From the NCBI GenBank assembly GCA_945903275.1, contig CAMDNW010000001.1, positions 128,303 through 192,302 of the forward strand: a stretch of 64,000 bases of DNA, read 5' to 3'. Shown piece after piece: positions 1 through 10,380 of this stretch. Within the stretch, counting starts at the first letter, position 1; every line of letters starts with the position of its first letter. The notes below the pieces were generated by a model. The model was not told the origin of the DNA and did not search any database. It worked only from the letters and a program-made list of their open reading frames with translations. A program made the translations under genes and the position numbers. Origin of the DNA: Thermoflexus hugenholtzii JAD2 (lineage in GTDB: Bacteria; Chloroflexota; Dehalococcoidia; UBA2979).

Positions 1-581
1 TGTTCGGCGTCCCGCTCGATGAGGTGACGCCGGAGATGCGGCGGCGCGCGAAGGTGTTCAACTTTGGTGTGATGTATGGGCTGACGGCGTTCGGCCTCTC
101 GGCACGTGAGCGCATCCCGCGCGCTCAAGCAGAAACCTTCATCAAGACCTACTTCGAGTCCTATCCCGCCGTGGCCGAGTGGCGTGAGCGTACGGTCACC
201 GAGGCGCGCGCCAATGGCTACGCCGAAACGCTCTCCGGCCGCCGCCGGTACATCCCCGAACTCCGTTCATCCGACCACAACCACCGGATGGCCGCCGAGC
301 GCGTGGCGATTAACATGCCGATTCAGGGCACCTCAGCCGACATCATCAAGATCGCTATGAACCGCATCGACGCCGAACTGCTGGCCCGCCGCCAGAAGGG
401 CGCGCTGGCCCGCATGATTCTCCAGGTACACGACGAGTTGATCTTCGAGTTGCCCCGCAAGGAACTCGGCGACATCCGCGAGATCGCCCGTCGCCTGATG
501 CCGTCACTCGAACTCAGCGTCCCGCTCGACCTCGACGAGAAGTCGGGCACGAACTGGGGCGACATGGAGGCGGCGCGCTAG
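1..581 (+). CDS. polA: DNA polymerase I, C-terminal part (starts before window)
   Basis: Family A motifs AKVFNFGVMYG, AINMPIQGTSADIIK, LQVHDELIFE. Confidence 0.97.
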   Translation, partial: FGVPLDEVTPEMRRRAKVFNFGVMYGLTAFGLSARERIPRAQAETFIKTYFESYPAVAEWRERTVTEARANGYAETLSGRRRYIPELRSSDHNHRMAAERVAINMPIQGTSADIIKIAMNRIDAELLARRQKGALARMILQVHDELIFELPRKELGDIREIARRLMPSLELSVPLDLDEKSGTNWGDMEAAR

Positions 582-584
582 CGC

Positions 585-1406
585 ATGCCTGAACTCCCTG
601 AAGTCGAGACGATCCGTCGGGATCTCGCGCCGCTGCTGGTCGGTCGCACTGTCGCTCGCGTCCGTATTCATTCCGGTGCGGAGCGCCTCGCCCAAACGCA
701 CGCGCCTCGCGCACTTGAACGCACGCTGGCCGGGCGTCGCGTTGAGGCACTCGACCGCCACGGCAAATACCTCCTCGCAGGCCTCGATGACGGCCAGACT
801 TGGGTGCTCCACCTCCGCATGACAGGCTCGCTGGTACATGCGGGCATCGATGCTCCCGGGCACCGCTTCGAGCGGGCGCGCGTCGACCTCGACAACGGCA
901 TGTCGGTGCGGCTGAACGACATGCGAAAGTTCGCGACTTGGCATCTGGTCGGCGACCCGGCCGAAGCGATGCCGCGTACCGGACCGGATGCCCTTGGCGA
1001 GGCGTTCTCGGTCGCATGGCTGCGAGCCTCGTGTGCTCGCCGAAGCGTGGCGATCAAGGCAGTGCTACTCGACCAGCAGGTCGCGGCAGGGGTCGGCAAC
1101 ATCTACGCGGATGAGGCCTGCTGGATCGCCCGCATCGACCCTCGTGCTCCCGCGAACGGCCTGTCGTCGCAGCGTATCCAGAGGCTCCACGCCGCCGTCC
1201 GCGAGACGCTTGAAGAGTCGCTGGGGAACCGTGGGGCCTCGTTTTCCGACTACCGCGATGGCCTCGGTGGCGAGGGAATGCACCACATTCGCGTCCACGT
1301 CTTCCGTCGCGACGGCCAGCCGTGCGAGCGCTGCGGCCAGGAAATAATCAAGATTCGCCTCGTGGGACGGGGGACACATCTCTGCCCACGCTGCCAGCGG
1401 ACATAA
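585..1406 (+). CDS. mutM: Formamidopyrimidine-DNA glycosylase
   Basis: N-terminal PELPEV, HLRMTG, GVGNIYADE, C-terminal CxxC..CxxC zinc finger. Confidence 0.97.
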   Translation: MPELPEVETIRRDLAPLLVGRTVARVRIHSGAERLAQTHAPRALERTLAGRRVEALDRHGKYLLAGLDDGQTWVLHLRMTGSLVHAGIDAPGHRFERARVDLDNGMSVRLNDMRKFATWHLVGDPAEAMPRTGPDALGEAFSVAWLRASCARRSVAIKAVLLDQQVAAGVGNIYADEACWIARIDPRAPANGLSSQRIQRLHAAVRETLEESLGNRGASFSDYRDGLGGEGMHHIRVHVFRRDGQPCERCGQEIIKIRLVGRGTHLCPRCQRT

Positions 1407-1512
1407 CACTGCATAATATCTATCCGTTTTCCTGCTTGTCGCCGATAGGGCTGCGCTGATACCTTGCCACGGCTGCTCCGCGAGGGAGCAGGCTGTTCGG
1501 GGGTCGGTTCCT

Positions 1513-2418
1513 ATGGTCTGGGTTGTGCTCGCACTCATCGGCGTTGTCCTAGCCGCCCACCTGATCGGCGCGCTCCTGCTTGCCGATTCCTTCACTCGCA
1601 TCCGCCGCCGCCGGGTGGAAGGGACGCCCGCCGACCTCGGCCTCCGCTACGAAGAAGTGCAGTTCACCGCCGACGATGGCGTCGCGCTGCTCGGCTGGTA
1701 CCTCGAATCGCCCGGCGCTCGTGCCAGTGTTGTGCTCGTCCACGACGCTGACGGTACCCGCTCCGACCGCTCCCACGGCCTGCTCCTCCTTCAGCGCGAT
1801 TACCTGCGCCGAGGCATCAACGTGCTCGCATTTGATCTGCGTGGCCGAGGCGAGTCAGGCGGCCTCCGTGACACCTTCGGCGCGCGCGAGCGGCTCGATG
1901 TAACCGCCGCTGTCGCGTTCGCGCGTTCGCGCTCAAACGGTCTGCCGGTGGTGCTCCACGGCTTCGGGATGGGCGGTTCGCTCGCTATCGTCGGCGCAGC
2001 CGAAGGCCTCGTCGTCGACTTGGTCATTGCTGACTCGCCCTCTGCCACGGCGCGCGCCTTCCTGCGTCGGCGCTATGCGAAAGTGCCGCTGCCGACCTTC
2101 CTGCTCGCCTGCCGCATCGCGTTCCGCCGCTTTGGTGCCGACGCCGATGCGCTGGCCCCCATCCACTCGGTGGCCCGAACGAAGTCTGAGGTGCCGATCC
2201 TATTCATCCACGGCGAAGCGAATCATCTGGTCGCCGTCACGAACTCGCTCAACATCGCCGCTGCCTCACTGAACCCGCGCAACGTCATCTGGCGCGTCCC
2301 TGGCGAGGGCCACTGCACCGCTTACCGTCACGCTCCGGACGCCTACATGCGCCGCTGTCTCGACTTCATCGAGACAGCCCTCCCGTCGCGGCGTATCCAG
2401 ATCGCCGCCGCCGGCTAA
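1513..2418 (+). CDS. Membrane-anchored alpha/beta hydrolase-fold protein (nucleophile apparently lost)
   Basis: N-terminal TM helix, FDLRGRGES, elbow reads HGFGMGG, PILFIHG, GEGH. Confidence 0.85.
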   Translation: MVWVVLALIGVVLAAHLIGALLLADSFTRIRRRRVEGTPADLGLRYEEVQFTADDGVALLGWYLESPGARASVVLVHDADGTRSDRSHGLLLLQRDYLRRGINVLAFDLRGRGESGGLRDTFGARERLDVTAAVAFARSRSNGLPVVLHGFGMGGSLAIVGAAEGLVVDLVIADSPSATARAFLRRRYAKVPLPTFLLACRIAFRRFGADADALAPIHSVARTKSEVPILFIHGEANHLVAVTNSLNIAAASLNPRNVIWRVPGEGHCTAYRHAPDAYMRRCLDFIETALPSRRIQIAAAG

Positions 2419-2436
2419 GCCGCACGAGGCCCTGCC

Positions 2437-3426
2437 ATGCCCGGGCTGCGCGACGCCATCACGGACGTACCCGGCATCCGTCTCGGCCACTGGACCGACC
2501 GTCGCGCCGTGACCGGCTGCACCGTCGTGCTCTGCGAGGCAGGCGCGGTTGGCGGCGTCGACGTGCGCGGCGCTGCTCCCGGCACCCGCGAGACCGATCT
2601 GCTTCGCCCCGGCAATCTCGTTGAGGAAGTGCATGCCGTTCTGCTCACCGGCGGTTCTGCGTTCGGCCTCGATGCCGCGACCGGGGTGATGCGCTATCTC
2701 GAAGAGCGCGGCTCCGGCCTGCACTTTGCGGGCCAGGTGATTCCGATCGTCCCCGCAGCGGTGCTCTTCGACCTGAGCATCGGCCGGCCTCGCCACCCAG
2801 ATGCCGAGGCCGGCTATCGCGCCGCGAAAGCCGCCCGCGCCGGCACCGTCGCCGAAGGTTCGGTGGGGGCTGGGACGGGCGCGACGGTCGCTAAGTTCGC
2901 TGGCGGTGATCGCCGGCTGAAGGGCGGCCTCGGGACGGCCTCAGAGGCGCTCCTGTCGGGCGTCATCGTGGGTGCAGTGGCGGCGGTCAACGCCGTCGGG
3001 GCGATTCGCGATCCGTACAACGGGCGCGTGATCGCCGCCCCGCGCACCGGCGCCCGAGGCTTCGCGAATGTCGAGCGCCTGCTCCGGGTCGGCCGGCCGC
3101 CGCGTCTCGCGGCCGAGGAACAGCCCGAGAACACGACGCTTGCCGTCGTCGCGACCAACGCGAATCTGACAAAGGCGCAGGCGAACCGCCTCGCCACGGT
3201 CTGTCAGGACGGCTTCGCCCGCACTATTTGGCCTGCCCACACCCGAGGCGACGGCGATACCATTTTCGCCATCGCCACCGGTGATATCGAGGTCGACGGC
3301 CCCGGCTATAACGCTCTAGAGGCGATGGCCACTCGTGCCGTCGAGCGGGCGGTGCTTCGGGGTGTCACGCTTGCTACCGGACTGGCCGGCGTGCCATCGG
3401 CGGCGGAGTGGCGAGGCGGGCGCTAG
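2437..3426 (+). CDS. P1/S58 (DmpA-like) peptidase
   Basis: ITDVPGIRLGH, GAAPGTRETDLL, GGSAFGLDAA, NTT autocleavage site, HTxxDGDTIF. Confidence 0.92.
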   Translation: MPGLRDAITDVPGIRLGHWTDRRAVTGCTVVLCEAGAVGGVDVRGAAPGTRETDLLRPGNLVEEVHAVLLTGGSAFGLDAATGVMRYLEERGSGLHFAGQVIPIVPAAVLFDLSIGRPRHPDAEAGYRAAKAARAGTVAEGSVGAGTGATVAKFAGGDRRLKGGLGTASEALLSGVIVGAVAAVNAVGAIRDPYNGRVIAAPRTGARGFANVERLLRVGRPPRLAAEEQPENTTLAVVATNANLTKAQANRLATVCQDGFARTIWPAHTRGDGDTIFAIATGDIEVDGPGYNALEAMATRAVERAVLRGVTLATGLAGVPSAAEWRGGR

Positions 3427-3497
3427 CCTTGCGGCGGTGCTTCGCCCTATACTCCGGGCGGCTCACGCACGCTTGGCGTAGACCATCCGTGCGAAAA

Positions 3498-3526
3498 TCC
3501 GCTTGGATCACTGGACCGAGACGGGA
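3498..3526 (+). promoter_or_regulatory. pan RNA motif-like hairpin in the panDBC leader
   Basis: TCCG-CTTGG-A-TC/GA-CCGAG-A-CGG hairpin with two bulged A upstream of pantothenate genes; -10 TATACT at 3448-3453. Confidence 0.65.
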
Positions 3527-3600
3527 GCACTATGCTTCATACTCACAGCGAGTCGCCGTCGCGACTTAGATTCTGTTCGCATTCTGGCATCGTGTGCTGG

Positions 3601-3622
3601 ATCAGCGGAGGACTCCGCTGAT
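3601..3622 (+). promoter_or_regulatory. Hairpin sequestering the panD SD and start codon
   Basis: ATCAGCGGAG-GA-CTCCGCTGAT inverted repeat containing GGAGGA and the AT of ATG. Confidence 0.7.
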
Positions 3623-4031
3623 GCGTACTATGCTGCGCGGCAAGATACACCGTGCCACCGTCACCCAGGCAGACCTGCACTATGTTGGCTCCATAAGTAT
3701 CGATGAAGACCTGATGGAGGCCGCCGGCATCGCCGAATGGGAGCAGGTGCATGTCCTCGACATTACCAACGGGGAACGGCTTGTCACCTATGCCATCCCG
3801 GCCCGGGCTGGTTCCGGCGTCATCTGTATTAACGGAGCGGCGGCCCACCTCGTCCACCCGGACGACTTAGTCATCATCCTCAACTACGCGGGGGTACCGG
3901 ACGAGCGTGTCGCTGACCACAGCCCGCGCCTGATCCACGTTGATTCCCGGAATCGCATCGTCGAGCACACCGACCACATCGAGTTTGGTTCTCGGTACGT
4001 GGCGGTCAGCAACGAGGAGGCGTCGCGATGA
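3621..4031 (+). CDS. panD: Aspartate 1-decarboxylase
   Basis: [16 protein letters not shown] cleavage site, TYAI, NGAAAH; start set at the ATG after SD GGAGGA. Confidence 0.97.
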   Translation: MRTMLRGKIHRATVTQADLHYVGSISIDEDLMEAAGIAEWEQVHVLDITNGERLVTYAIPARAGSGVICINGAAAHLVHPDDLVIILNYAGVPDERVADHSPRLIHVDSRNRIVEHTDHIEFGSRYVAVSNEEASR

Positions 4032-5023
4032 CAGCAGTGCACCGTGTCACGGTGACCGACCTGCAAAGCATGAAAGAGCGTGGTCAGAAGATCACCATGC
4101 TCACGTCATACGACTATTCGACCGCCCGCATCGCAGACGACGCAGGCATTCCGATCCTGCTCGTCGGCGACTCGCTCGGCATGGTCGTCCTCGGCTACGA
4201 GTCGACGTTGCCCGTCACCGTCGATGACATGATTCGCCACGGCGCGGCCGTCGTGCGAGGCGCGCCGCGCGCCCACGTCGTCATCGACATGCCCTTCGGC
4301 TCATACCAAGGCGGCTGGCAGGATGCGATGCGCAACGCCATCCGCATTATGCAGGAGACCGGCGCGGGCTCGGTGAAACTCGAGGGTGGCCAGCGCTCTG
4401 CTGAGATCGTCCGTCACCTCGTCGCGGCTGGCATCCCCGTGATGGGCCACATCGGTCTCACCCCGCAGTCCGTGAACACGTTCGGCGGCTGGCGTATGCA
4501 AGGAAAGACCCCGCGCGACGGCGTCCGGCTGATGGCCGATGCGCAGTCACTCGAGGAGGCCGGCGCGTACGCGATTGTTCTCGAGACCGTGCCCGCTGCC
4601 CTCGGGGCGAAGATCACGCAGCAACTGCGCGTGCCGACCATCGGCATCGGCGCTGGTCCGTACTGCGACGGCCAGGTGCAGGTCGTTCACGACCTCCTCG
4701 GCCTCTTCCAGGATTTCAAGCCGAAGCACGCCCGTCGCTTCATCGACGCCGCTGGCCTCTTCCGCGACGCCTTCACCGAGTACCGCGAGGGTGTCGAGGC
4801 GGGCACGTTCCCGAGCGAGGCGGAGTCGCACCTGCTCGACCGCAAGATGCGCGACCGCATCGAGAGCACCAGCATCCCCGACAATGCGGCGCTGGAGACG
4901 GTGATCGATGACACTCCCGGCGGTGCCCCCCTTGAGGATGGCTACGCGTCTCAGCGCACGACTACCAATCCGCGCAATGCGAATCGCAGAGACGACGGCC
5001 GCGAAGGCGCCACGCGGGGGTAG
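4028..5023 (+). CDS. panB: 3-methyl-2-oxobutanoate hydroxymethyltransferase
   Basis: [38 protein letters not shown]. Confidence 0.97.
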   Translation: MTAVHRVTVTDLQSMKERGQKITMLTSYDYSTARIADDAGIPILLVGDSLGMVVLGYESTLPVTVDDMIRHGAAVVRGAPRAHVVIDMPFGSYQGGWQDAMRNAIRIMQETGAGSVKLEGGQRSAEIVRHLVAAGIPVMGHIGLTPQSVNTFGGWRMQGKTPRDGVRLMADAQSLEEAGAYAIVLETVPAALGAKITQQLRVPTIGIGAGPYCDGQVQVVHDLLGLFQDFKPKHARRFIDAAGLFRDAFTEYREGVEAGTFPSEAESHLLDRKMRDRIESTSIPDNAALETVIDDTPGGAPLEDGYASQRTTTNPRNANRRDDGREGATRG

Positions 5024-5025
5024 CT

Positions 5026-5865
5026 GTGTTCGTCGCCCGTACTGTCGCTGAACTGCGGGCTGCCCGGCATGAAGCGCCAGGGCCGATTGGCTTCGTACCC
5101 ACGATGGGCTACCTGCATCAGGGCCACATGTCGCTCGTGCAGGCCGCACGCATCGACTGCGCTACGGTGGTCGCATCGATCTTCGTGAACCCCACCCAGT
5201 TCGCCACCGGTGAAGACTTCGAGCGCTACCCGCGCAACGAGACGAACGACCTCGCACTGCTCGAAGCCAACGGCGCTGACCTCGTGCTGCTCCCCGGCGT
5301 CGAGGAGGTCTACACACCCGGTGACACCACCCGTATCCGCGTCGATGCGCTCACCGAGGTACTCGAAGGCGCGCGCCGCCCCGGCCACTTCATCGGCGTC
5401 GCGACCGTCGTCGCGAAGCTGTTTCACATCGTGCAGCCCGACCGGGCCTACTTCGGCCAGAAGGACGCGCAGCAACTCGTCGTCATCCGCCGCATGACCC
5501 GCGACCTGCTCCTGCCCGTCGAGGTCGTCGGCTGTCCGACCGTCCGCGAGCCGGACGGCCTCGCTTGCTCATCGCGTAACGTCTACCTGACCCCCGAGCA
5601 GCGTCAACAGGCCGTCGCTCTTTCACAGAGCCTCCGAGCCGCCGAGGCCGCCTTCGCCGACGGTGTCCGTGACCCCCACACCCTCCGCCGCCTCGTCCGC
5701 GAGCGCATCGAGGCCCAGCCGCTCGCCGCTATCGACTACATCTCGCTCGCCGACGCCTCAACGCTGTGGGAACTGAATGCCGACATCGAGGCGTCCGCCT
5801 TGCTCTCGCTTGCGGTGGGCTTCGGCAACACGCATCTCCTAGACAACACCACGCTGGTTCCGTAG
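5026..5865 (+). CDS. panC: Pantoate--beta-alanine ligase
   Basis: FVPTMGYLHQGH, SIFVNPTQF, FGQKDAQQ, SSRNVYL. Confidence 0.97.
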   Translation: MFVARTVAELRAARHEAPGPIGFVPTMGYLHQGHMSLVQAARIDCATVVASIFVNPTQFATGEDFERYPRNETNDLALLEANGADLVLLPGVEEVYTPGDTTRIRVDALTEVLEGARRPGHFIGVATVVAKLFHIVQPDRAYFGQKDAQQLVVIRRMTRDLLLPVEVVGCPTVREPDGLACSSRNVYLTPEQRQQAVALSQSLRAAEAAFADGVRDPHTLRRLVRERIEAQPLAAIDYISLADASTLWELNADIEASALLSLAVGFGNTHLLDNTTLVP

Positions 5866-5941
5866 GCCGCCCTACGATTTCGTCTTCCCTCGCCCGCTGC
5901 TAGCATAGGCGTCTGGCAGTTGGTCAGCAGGAGTGTGTGCT

Positions 5942-6691
5942 GTGTCCGGTCACTCAAAATGGTCCACGATCAAGCACAAGAAGGGCGCGATTGACGCCAA
6001 GCGCGGTCAGCTTTTCACCAAACTCGCCCGTGACATTGTCATGGCCGCCCGCAACGGCGGCGGAGACCCGGCCATGAACGCCGGTCTCCGGCTGGCCGTC
6101 GCTAAGGCCCGCGAGTCCAACATGCCCGGCGACAACGTTGAACGCGCCATCCTTAAGGGCACCGGCGGCGGCGCGACCGACGCCCTGATGGAGATCACCT
6201 ATGAGGGTTACGGCCCCGGCGGCACCGCTGTCATCGTCGATACCGTCACCGACAACCGGAACCGCACCGTCGCCGAACTCCGCGCCGCTTTCTCGCGCGG
6301 CGGCGGCAACCTCGGCGAGAACGGCGCGGTCGCGTGGCTCTTCGAGACGCGCGGTGTGATCTCCGTGGACGCCAAAGGCAAGGACACCGACGACGTGCAA
6401 CTCGCCGCTATCGAGGCTGGCGCACTCGATGTCTCGGTGGACGACGATGATGTCGAGGTGCTGACTGAGCCGTCTGACCTCGAGTCGGTGCGTGAGGTGC
6501 TGAAGAGCGCTGGCTTCAAGATCGAAAACGCCGAGATCGCCCGCGTGCCCAAGACCACCATCGCCCTCGACGAGAAGGCCGCCATCCAGGCGATCAAACT
6601 ACTCGAACGCATCGACGACCTGGACGACGTGTCGAAGGTCTATTCGAACGCCGACTTTCCCGCATCGGTGCTCGAGGCGGCTGGACTCTAA
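5942..6691 (+). CDS. yebC: YebC/PmpR family protein
   Basis: SGHSKWSTIKHKK, YEGYGPGG, TDNRNRT, DDVSKVYSN; GTG start after AGGAG. Confidence 0.96.
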   Translation: MSGHSKWSTIKHKKGAIDAKRGQLFTKLARDIVMAARNGGGDPAMNAGLRLAVAKARESNMPGDNVERAILKGTGGGATDALMEITYEGYGPGGTAVIVDTVTDNRNRTVAELRAAFSRGGGNLGENGAVAWLFETRGVISVDAKGKDTDDVQLAAIEAGALDVSVDDDDVEVLTEPSDLESVREVLKSAGFKIENAEIARVPKTTIALDEKAAIQAIKLLERIDDLDDVSKVYSNADFPASVLEAAGL

Positions 6692-6693
6692 GC

Positions 6694-7206
6694 ATGACCG
6701 CCACGCGCCGCGTCTTGGGGGTTGACCCCGGGCTGGCGGTTACCGGCTACGGAATCGTGGATGGCGATGGCGTAGCCGCGATTCACATCGTGAGCGGCAT
6801 ACTGCGCACCCGAGCGAAGGACACTCGACCGAAGCGGCTCGCCAGCCTGTTTGAGCGCATTGGCGCGCTCATCGATGAGCATCACCCCGACGACCTCGCG
6901 ATCGAGCAGCACTTCGTCGCCGAGAACGTCCGTAGCGCCATGGTGATCGGCGAGGCGCGCGCTGCGGCGATGATCGCTGCTGCTTCCCGTGGCATCGAGG
7001 TCTATGAGTACCCCGCGACGACGATCAAGCAGACGGTGACCGGGAGCGGGGCCGCCTCCAAAGAACAGGTGCAGCGCATGGTCGTCATGCACCTGAACCT
7101 GCTCACTGCGCCCGCGCCGCTGGACGCCTCGGATGCCGTCGCAGTGGCGCTGACCCGCCTCGCCGCCCTGCGCGTCGAGGCCATGCTCACGGCTGCGCGG
7201 CCGTGA
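6694..7206 (+). CDS. ruvC: Holliday junction resolvase
   Basis: LGVDPGLAVTGYG, AIEQ, GSGAASKEQV, DASDAVA. Confidence 0.95.
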   Translation: MTATRRVLGVDPGLAVTGYGIVDGDGVAAIHIVSGILRTRAKDTRPKRLASLFERIGALIDEHHPDDLAIEQHFVAENVRSAMVIGEARAAAMIAAASRGIEVYEYPATTIKQTVTGSGAASKEQVQRMVVMHLNLLTAPAPLDASDAVAVALTRLAALRVEAMLTAARP

Positions 7207-7829
7207 TCGTCGCACTGCGCGGCACGCTCGCGCGCTGGGACGAAGACCGCTCCGTACTCTGGATCGAGACCGGCGGTGTTACCTATGAACTCGCCATGCC
7301 GCCCTTCGCTGCCGAGTGGGTCGCCGCCCACCGCATGGGTGACGAGGTACAGGTCTACACCTACCAGCACGCCACCGACCGCCAGCCGGTGCCGATGATC
7401 TTCGGCTTCCCACGCCTTGCCGAGCGCGAGTTCTTCCGCAAGTTCATCGAGGTCCCCGACATCGGCCCCTCACGCGCGATCCGTGCGCTGACGCGTCCTG
7501 TCTCCGAGATCGCCCGCTGGATCGAGTCGGAGGACACTCGCGCGCTGCGGACGCTGCCTGGTGTCGGCGACCGCACTGCCGCCACTATCGTTGCGAGCCT
7601 CCATGGCAAACTCGTGCAGGAAGCGCTGTTGCGCGACCGCGATGGCACCGGCGACGAGACCACCCCACCGGATGTTCGCAGCGACGCAATCGCTGCGCTC
7701 ATCGCGCTCCAGTACGGCCGTCGTGAGGCGGAGCAACTGGTCACCGAGGCGATGCGCGAACGCGCTAGCCTTATTACGGTCGAGGATGTGCTCCGCTACG
7801 TCCTCGAAGGTCAGGCAAGGGGTGTCTGA
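7203..7829 (+). CDS. ruvA: Holliday junction branch migration protein
   Basis: MIxxLRG start, GGVTYEL, two HhH motifs (VPDIGP, LPGVGDRTA), C-terminal domain; follows ruvC. Confidence 0.93.
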   Translation: MIVALRGTLARWDEDRSVLWIETGGVTYELAMPPFAAEWVAAHRMGDEVQVYTYQHATDRQPVPMIFGFPRLAEREFFRKFIEVPDIGPSRAIRALTRPVSEIARWIESEDTRALRTLPGVGDRTAATIVASLHGKLVQEALLRDRDGTGDETTPPDVRSDAIAALIALQYGRREAEQLVTEAMRERASLITVEDVLRYVLEGQARGV

Positions 7830-7956
7830 TGTCACGCTGGCGGAGACAATGGCCGGTGCTTCATACACCGTCGCTTTGACGCCGCCTGTGATGGCGACAC
7901 GGGCGGCGGCGTCGTGGTTTCTTGTCATCCGGCGCAGCCAGCGCGTGCCCTCGCAG

Positions 7957-8014
7957 CGCCACCATCGCCGCGAGGACGGTCGCGCCCGCTGCCGGCCTCG
8001 CGGCAATGGTGGCG
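7957..8014. repeat. 19-bp inverted repeat in the ruvA-uvrB spacer
   Basis: CGCCACCATCGCCGCGAGG...CCTCGCGGCAATGGTGGCG, one mismatch that is G-U on the minus strand. Confidence 0.75.
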
Positions 8015-8222
8015 TGTGATCCCCGCCTCCCCCGTCGGCGTTCGTTACGCGCCTGCCCCACCGGCGTGCCTGCCCGGTCGGCGAGAACATGGTCGGCGGC
8101 CAGCGACTGGATCGCGCGCAGCAGTGGGGTGTGGCAGAGCGGGGTATGGGTTCTGCTCGTTCGTTGCGGTGCTACCCCAGCATACCGGCGTGTCTTCGTA
8201 ACGTGCTTGTGGCCGCGCCCGG

Positions 8223-8228
8223 TACAAT
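8223..8228 (+). promoter_or_regulatory. -10 element, probable leaderless uvrB transcript
   Basis: TACAAT 7 nt before the ATG at 8236, no SD. Confidence 0.65.
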
Positions 8229-8235
8229 AGTTCGC

Positions 8236-10311
8236 ATGACCACGACTACCAGCCACCGCTTTGAACTCGTGACCCCGCTGCGCCCGACCGGCGACCAGCC
8301 ACAGGCCGTCGATGCCCTCGTGACGGGCCTCGAGGCTGGCGAGCGTCTGCAGACGCTGCTCGGCGCCACCGGCTCCGGCAAGACGTTCACAATGGCCAAC
8401 ATCATCGAGCGCTACCAGCGGCCGACACTCGTGCTTGCCCCGAACCGCACGCTGGCTGCGCAACTCACCTCCGAATTCCGCGACTTCTTCCCGAACAACT
8501 CCGTCGAGTACTTTGTCTCTTACTACGACTACTACCAGCCTGAGGCCTACATCCCGCGCAGCGACACCTACATCGCGAAAGACGCGGACATCAACGATGA
8601 AGTCGACAAACTGCGTCACGCGGCTACTCGCGCGCTGTTCGAGCGCCGCGACGTACTCATCGTCGCCTCCGTCTCCTGCATCTACGGCCTCGGCGAGCCG
8701 GGGGAGTACGAGTCGTTCGTCGTGCGCATGTTCAAGGGCCGCCGCATCAACCGCGCGTCGCTTGTCCGCCAACTCGTGGACATGCAGTACCAGCGCAACG
8801 ATGTCGCCCTCACCCGCGGCACCTTCCGCGTGCGCGGCGACTCGCTGACCGTCATCCCTGCCTACGACGAACTGGCCGTGCGCGTCGACTTCTTCGGTGA
8901 CGAGATCGAGCGCATCGTCACCGTCGACCCGCTCTCCGGCGAACTGCTGTCTGAGGTCGCTGAGCACGCGATTTACCCCGCGAAGCACTTCGTGACTTCA
9001 AAAGACCATCTCGACCAGGCGCTCGTGAGCATCGAGGAAGAACTGAGGCAACGGCTTGCCGACCTGCGCGGTCGCGGCCAGATTCTTGAGGCTGCGCGGC
9101 TCGAAGAACGCACGCGTTTCGACCTCGAAATGCTGCGTGAGGCGGGCTACTGCTCCGGCATCGAAAACTACTCGCGCCACCTCGCAGGCCGTCCGCCGGG
9201 ATCGACACCGTGGACGCTGCTCGACTATTTCCCTGACGACTGGCTGCTCTTCGTCGACGAGTCGCACATCTCCATCCCGCAGGTACGCGGCATGTTCCAC
9301 GGTGACAAATCCCGCAAAGAGACGCTCGTCGAGTACGGCTTCCGTCTCCCCTCGGCACTCGACAACCGCCCACTGAACTTCGAGGAGTTTGAGGGCCATA
9401 TCACCCAGGCGGTTTTCGTCTCCGCGACCCCAGGCCCCTACGAGTTGGAAGTCTCCTCGCAGGTCGTGGAACAGGTCATCCGGCCTACTGGCCTCATCGA
9501 CCCGGTCATCGATGTGCGCCCGACGCGCGGCCAGATCGACGATCTACTGGCCGAGATACAGAACCGCTCCGCCCGCAATGAGCGTGTCCTTGTGACTACC
9601 CTGACCAAGAAGATGTCCGAAGACCTGACAGACTACCTGCTGGAAATGGGCGTGAAGGCCCGCTACCTCCATTCCGAGATCGATACGCTCCAGCGCATCG
9701 AGATTCTTCGAGACCTCCGGCAGGGTGTCCACGACGTGGTTGTCGGTATCAACCTGCTCCGAGAGGGCCTTGACCTGCCGGAAGTCTCACTCGTCTGCAT
9801 TCTCGACGCCGACAAGGAGGGCTTCCTGCGCTCCGGCGGCTCACTCGTCCAGACCATCGGCCGCGCCGCCCGCCACGCGGACGGCCACGTCATCATGTAC
9901 GCCGATGTCATGACTGATTCGATGACGTACGCGATCAGCGAGACCCACCGTCGCCGCGTCATCCAGCAGGCATACAACGAGGCGCATGGCATCGTCCCGA
10001 TGGGTATCCAGAAGCAAGTGCGCGACATCACCGATGCACTCCGCGTCGCTAAGCAGTCGCCTGGCTACACCACCGCTCGCGACCTCCCGCGCGACGAGAT
10101 CACGCGCATGGTGCATGAACTCGAAACCCAGATGAAGAATGCCGCTCGCGACCTAGAGTTCGAGCGCGCAGCCCAACTCCGCGACCAGATCGTCGAACTC
10201 CGCCGCGAACTCGTCGACGACTCCCCCGAGAGCCTGAAAGCCTTTGGCGGCTCATCAGACCCGCCGCGGCCATCACGACCGTCCCGACCGCCCCGGCGCG
10301 GGCGGCGCTAG
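8236..10311 (+). CDS. uvrB: Excinuclease ABC subunit B
   Basis: [37 protein letters not shown]-terminal UVR domain; start moved to ATG 8236. Confidence 0.98.
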   Translation: MTTTTSHRFELVTPLRPTGDQPQAVDALVTGLEAGERLQTLLGATGSGKTFTMANIIERYQRPTLVLAPNRTLAAQLTSEFRDFFPNNSVEYFVSYYDYYQPEAYIPRSDTYIAKDADINDEVDKLRHAATRALFERRDVLIVASVSCIYGLGEPGEYESFVVRMFKGRRINRASLVRQLVDMQYQRNDVALTRGTFRVRGDSLTVIPAYDELAVRVDFFGDEIERIVTVDPLSGELLSEVAEHAIYPAKHFVTSKDHLDQALVSIEEELRQRLADLRGRGQILEAARLEERTRFDLEMLREAGYCSGIENYSRHLAGRPPGSTPWTLLDYFPDDWLLFVDESHISIPQVRGMFHGDKSRKETLVEYGFRLPSALDNRPLNFEEFEGHITQAVFVSATPGPYELEVSSQVVEQVIRPTGLIDPVIDVRPTRGQIDDLLAEIQNRSARNERVLVTTLTKKMSEDLTDYLLEMGVKARYLHSEIDTLQRIEILRDLRQGVHDVVVGINLLREGLDLPEVSLVCILDADKEGFLRSGGSLVQTIGRAARHADGHVIMYADVMTDSMTYAISETHRRRVIQQAYNEAHGIVPMGIQKQVRDITDALRVAKQSPGYTTARDLPRDEITRMVHELETQMKNAARDLEFERAAQLRDQIVELRRELVDDSPESLKAFGGSSDPPRPSRPSRPPRRGRR

Positions 10312-10325
10312 GCTCGCAGACATGC

Positions 10326-10355
10326 AACGAGGCCCCGGTCACCCGGGGCCTCGTT
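10326..10355. terminator. Hairpin terminator after uvrB, probably bidirectional
   Basis: AACGAGGCCCCGG-loop-CCGGGGCCTCGTT. Confidence 0.8.
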
Positions 10356-10380
10356 CGTAGTGTTCACATCCCTGATGTGG

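Noticed and set aside
7835..7930. Minus-frame RVAITGGVKATVYEAP resembling an FAD monooxygenase N-terminus
   Set aside because: Too short, lacks GxGxxG, and coincides with hairpins
8080..8222. LexA box upstream of uvrB
   Set aside because: No GAAC-N4-GTTC match; only a GAAC half site near 8084
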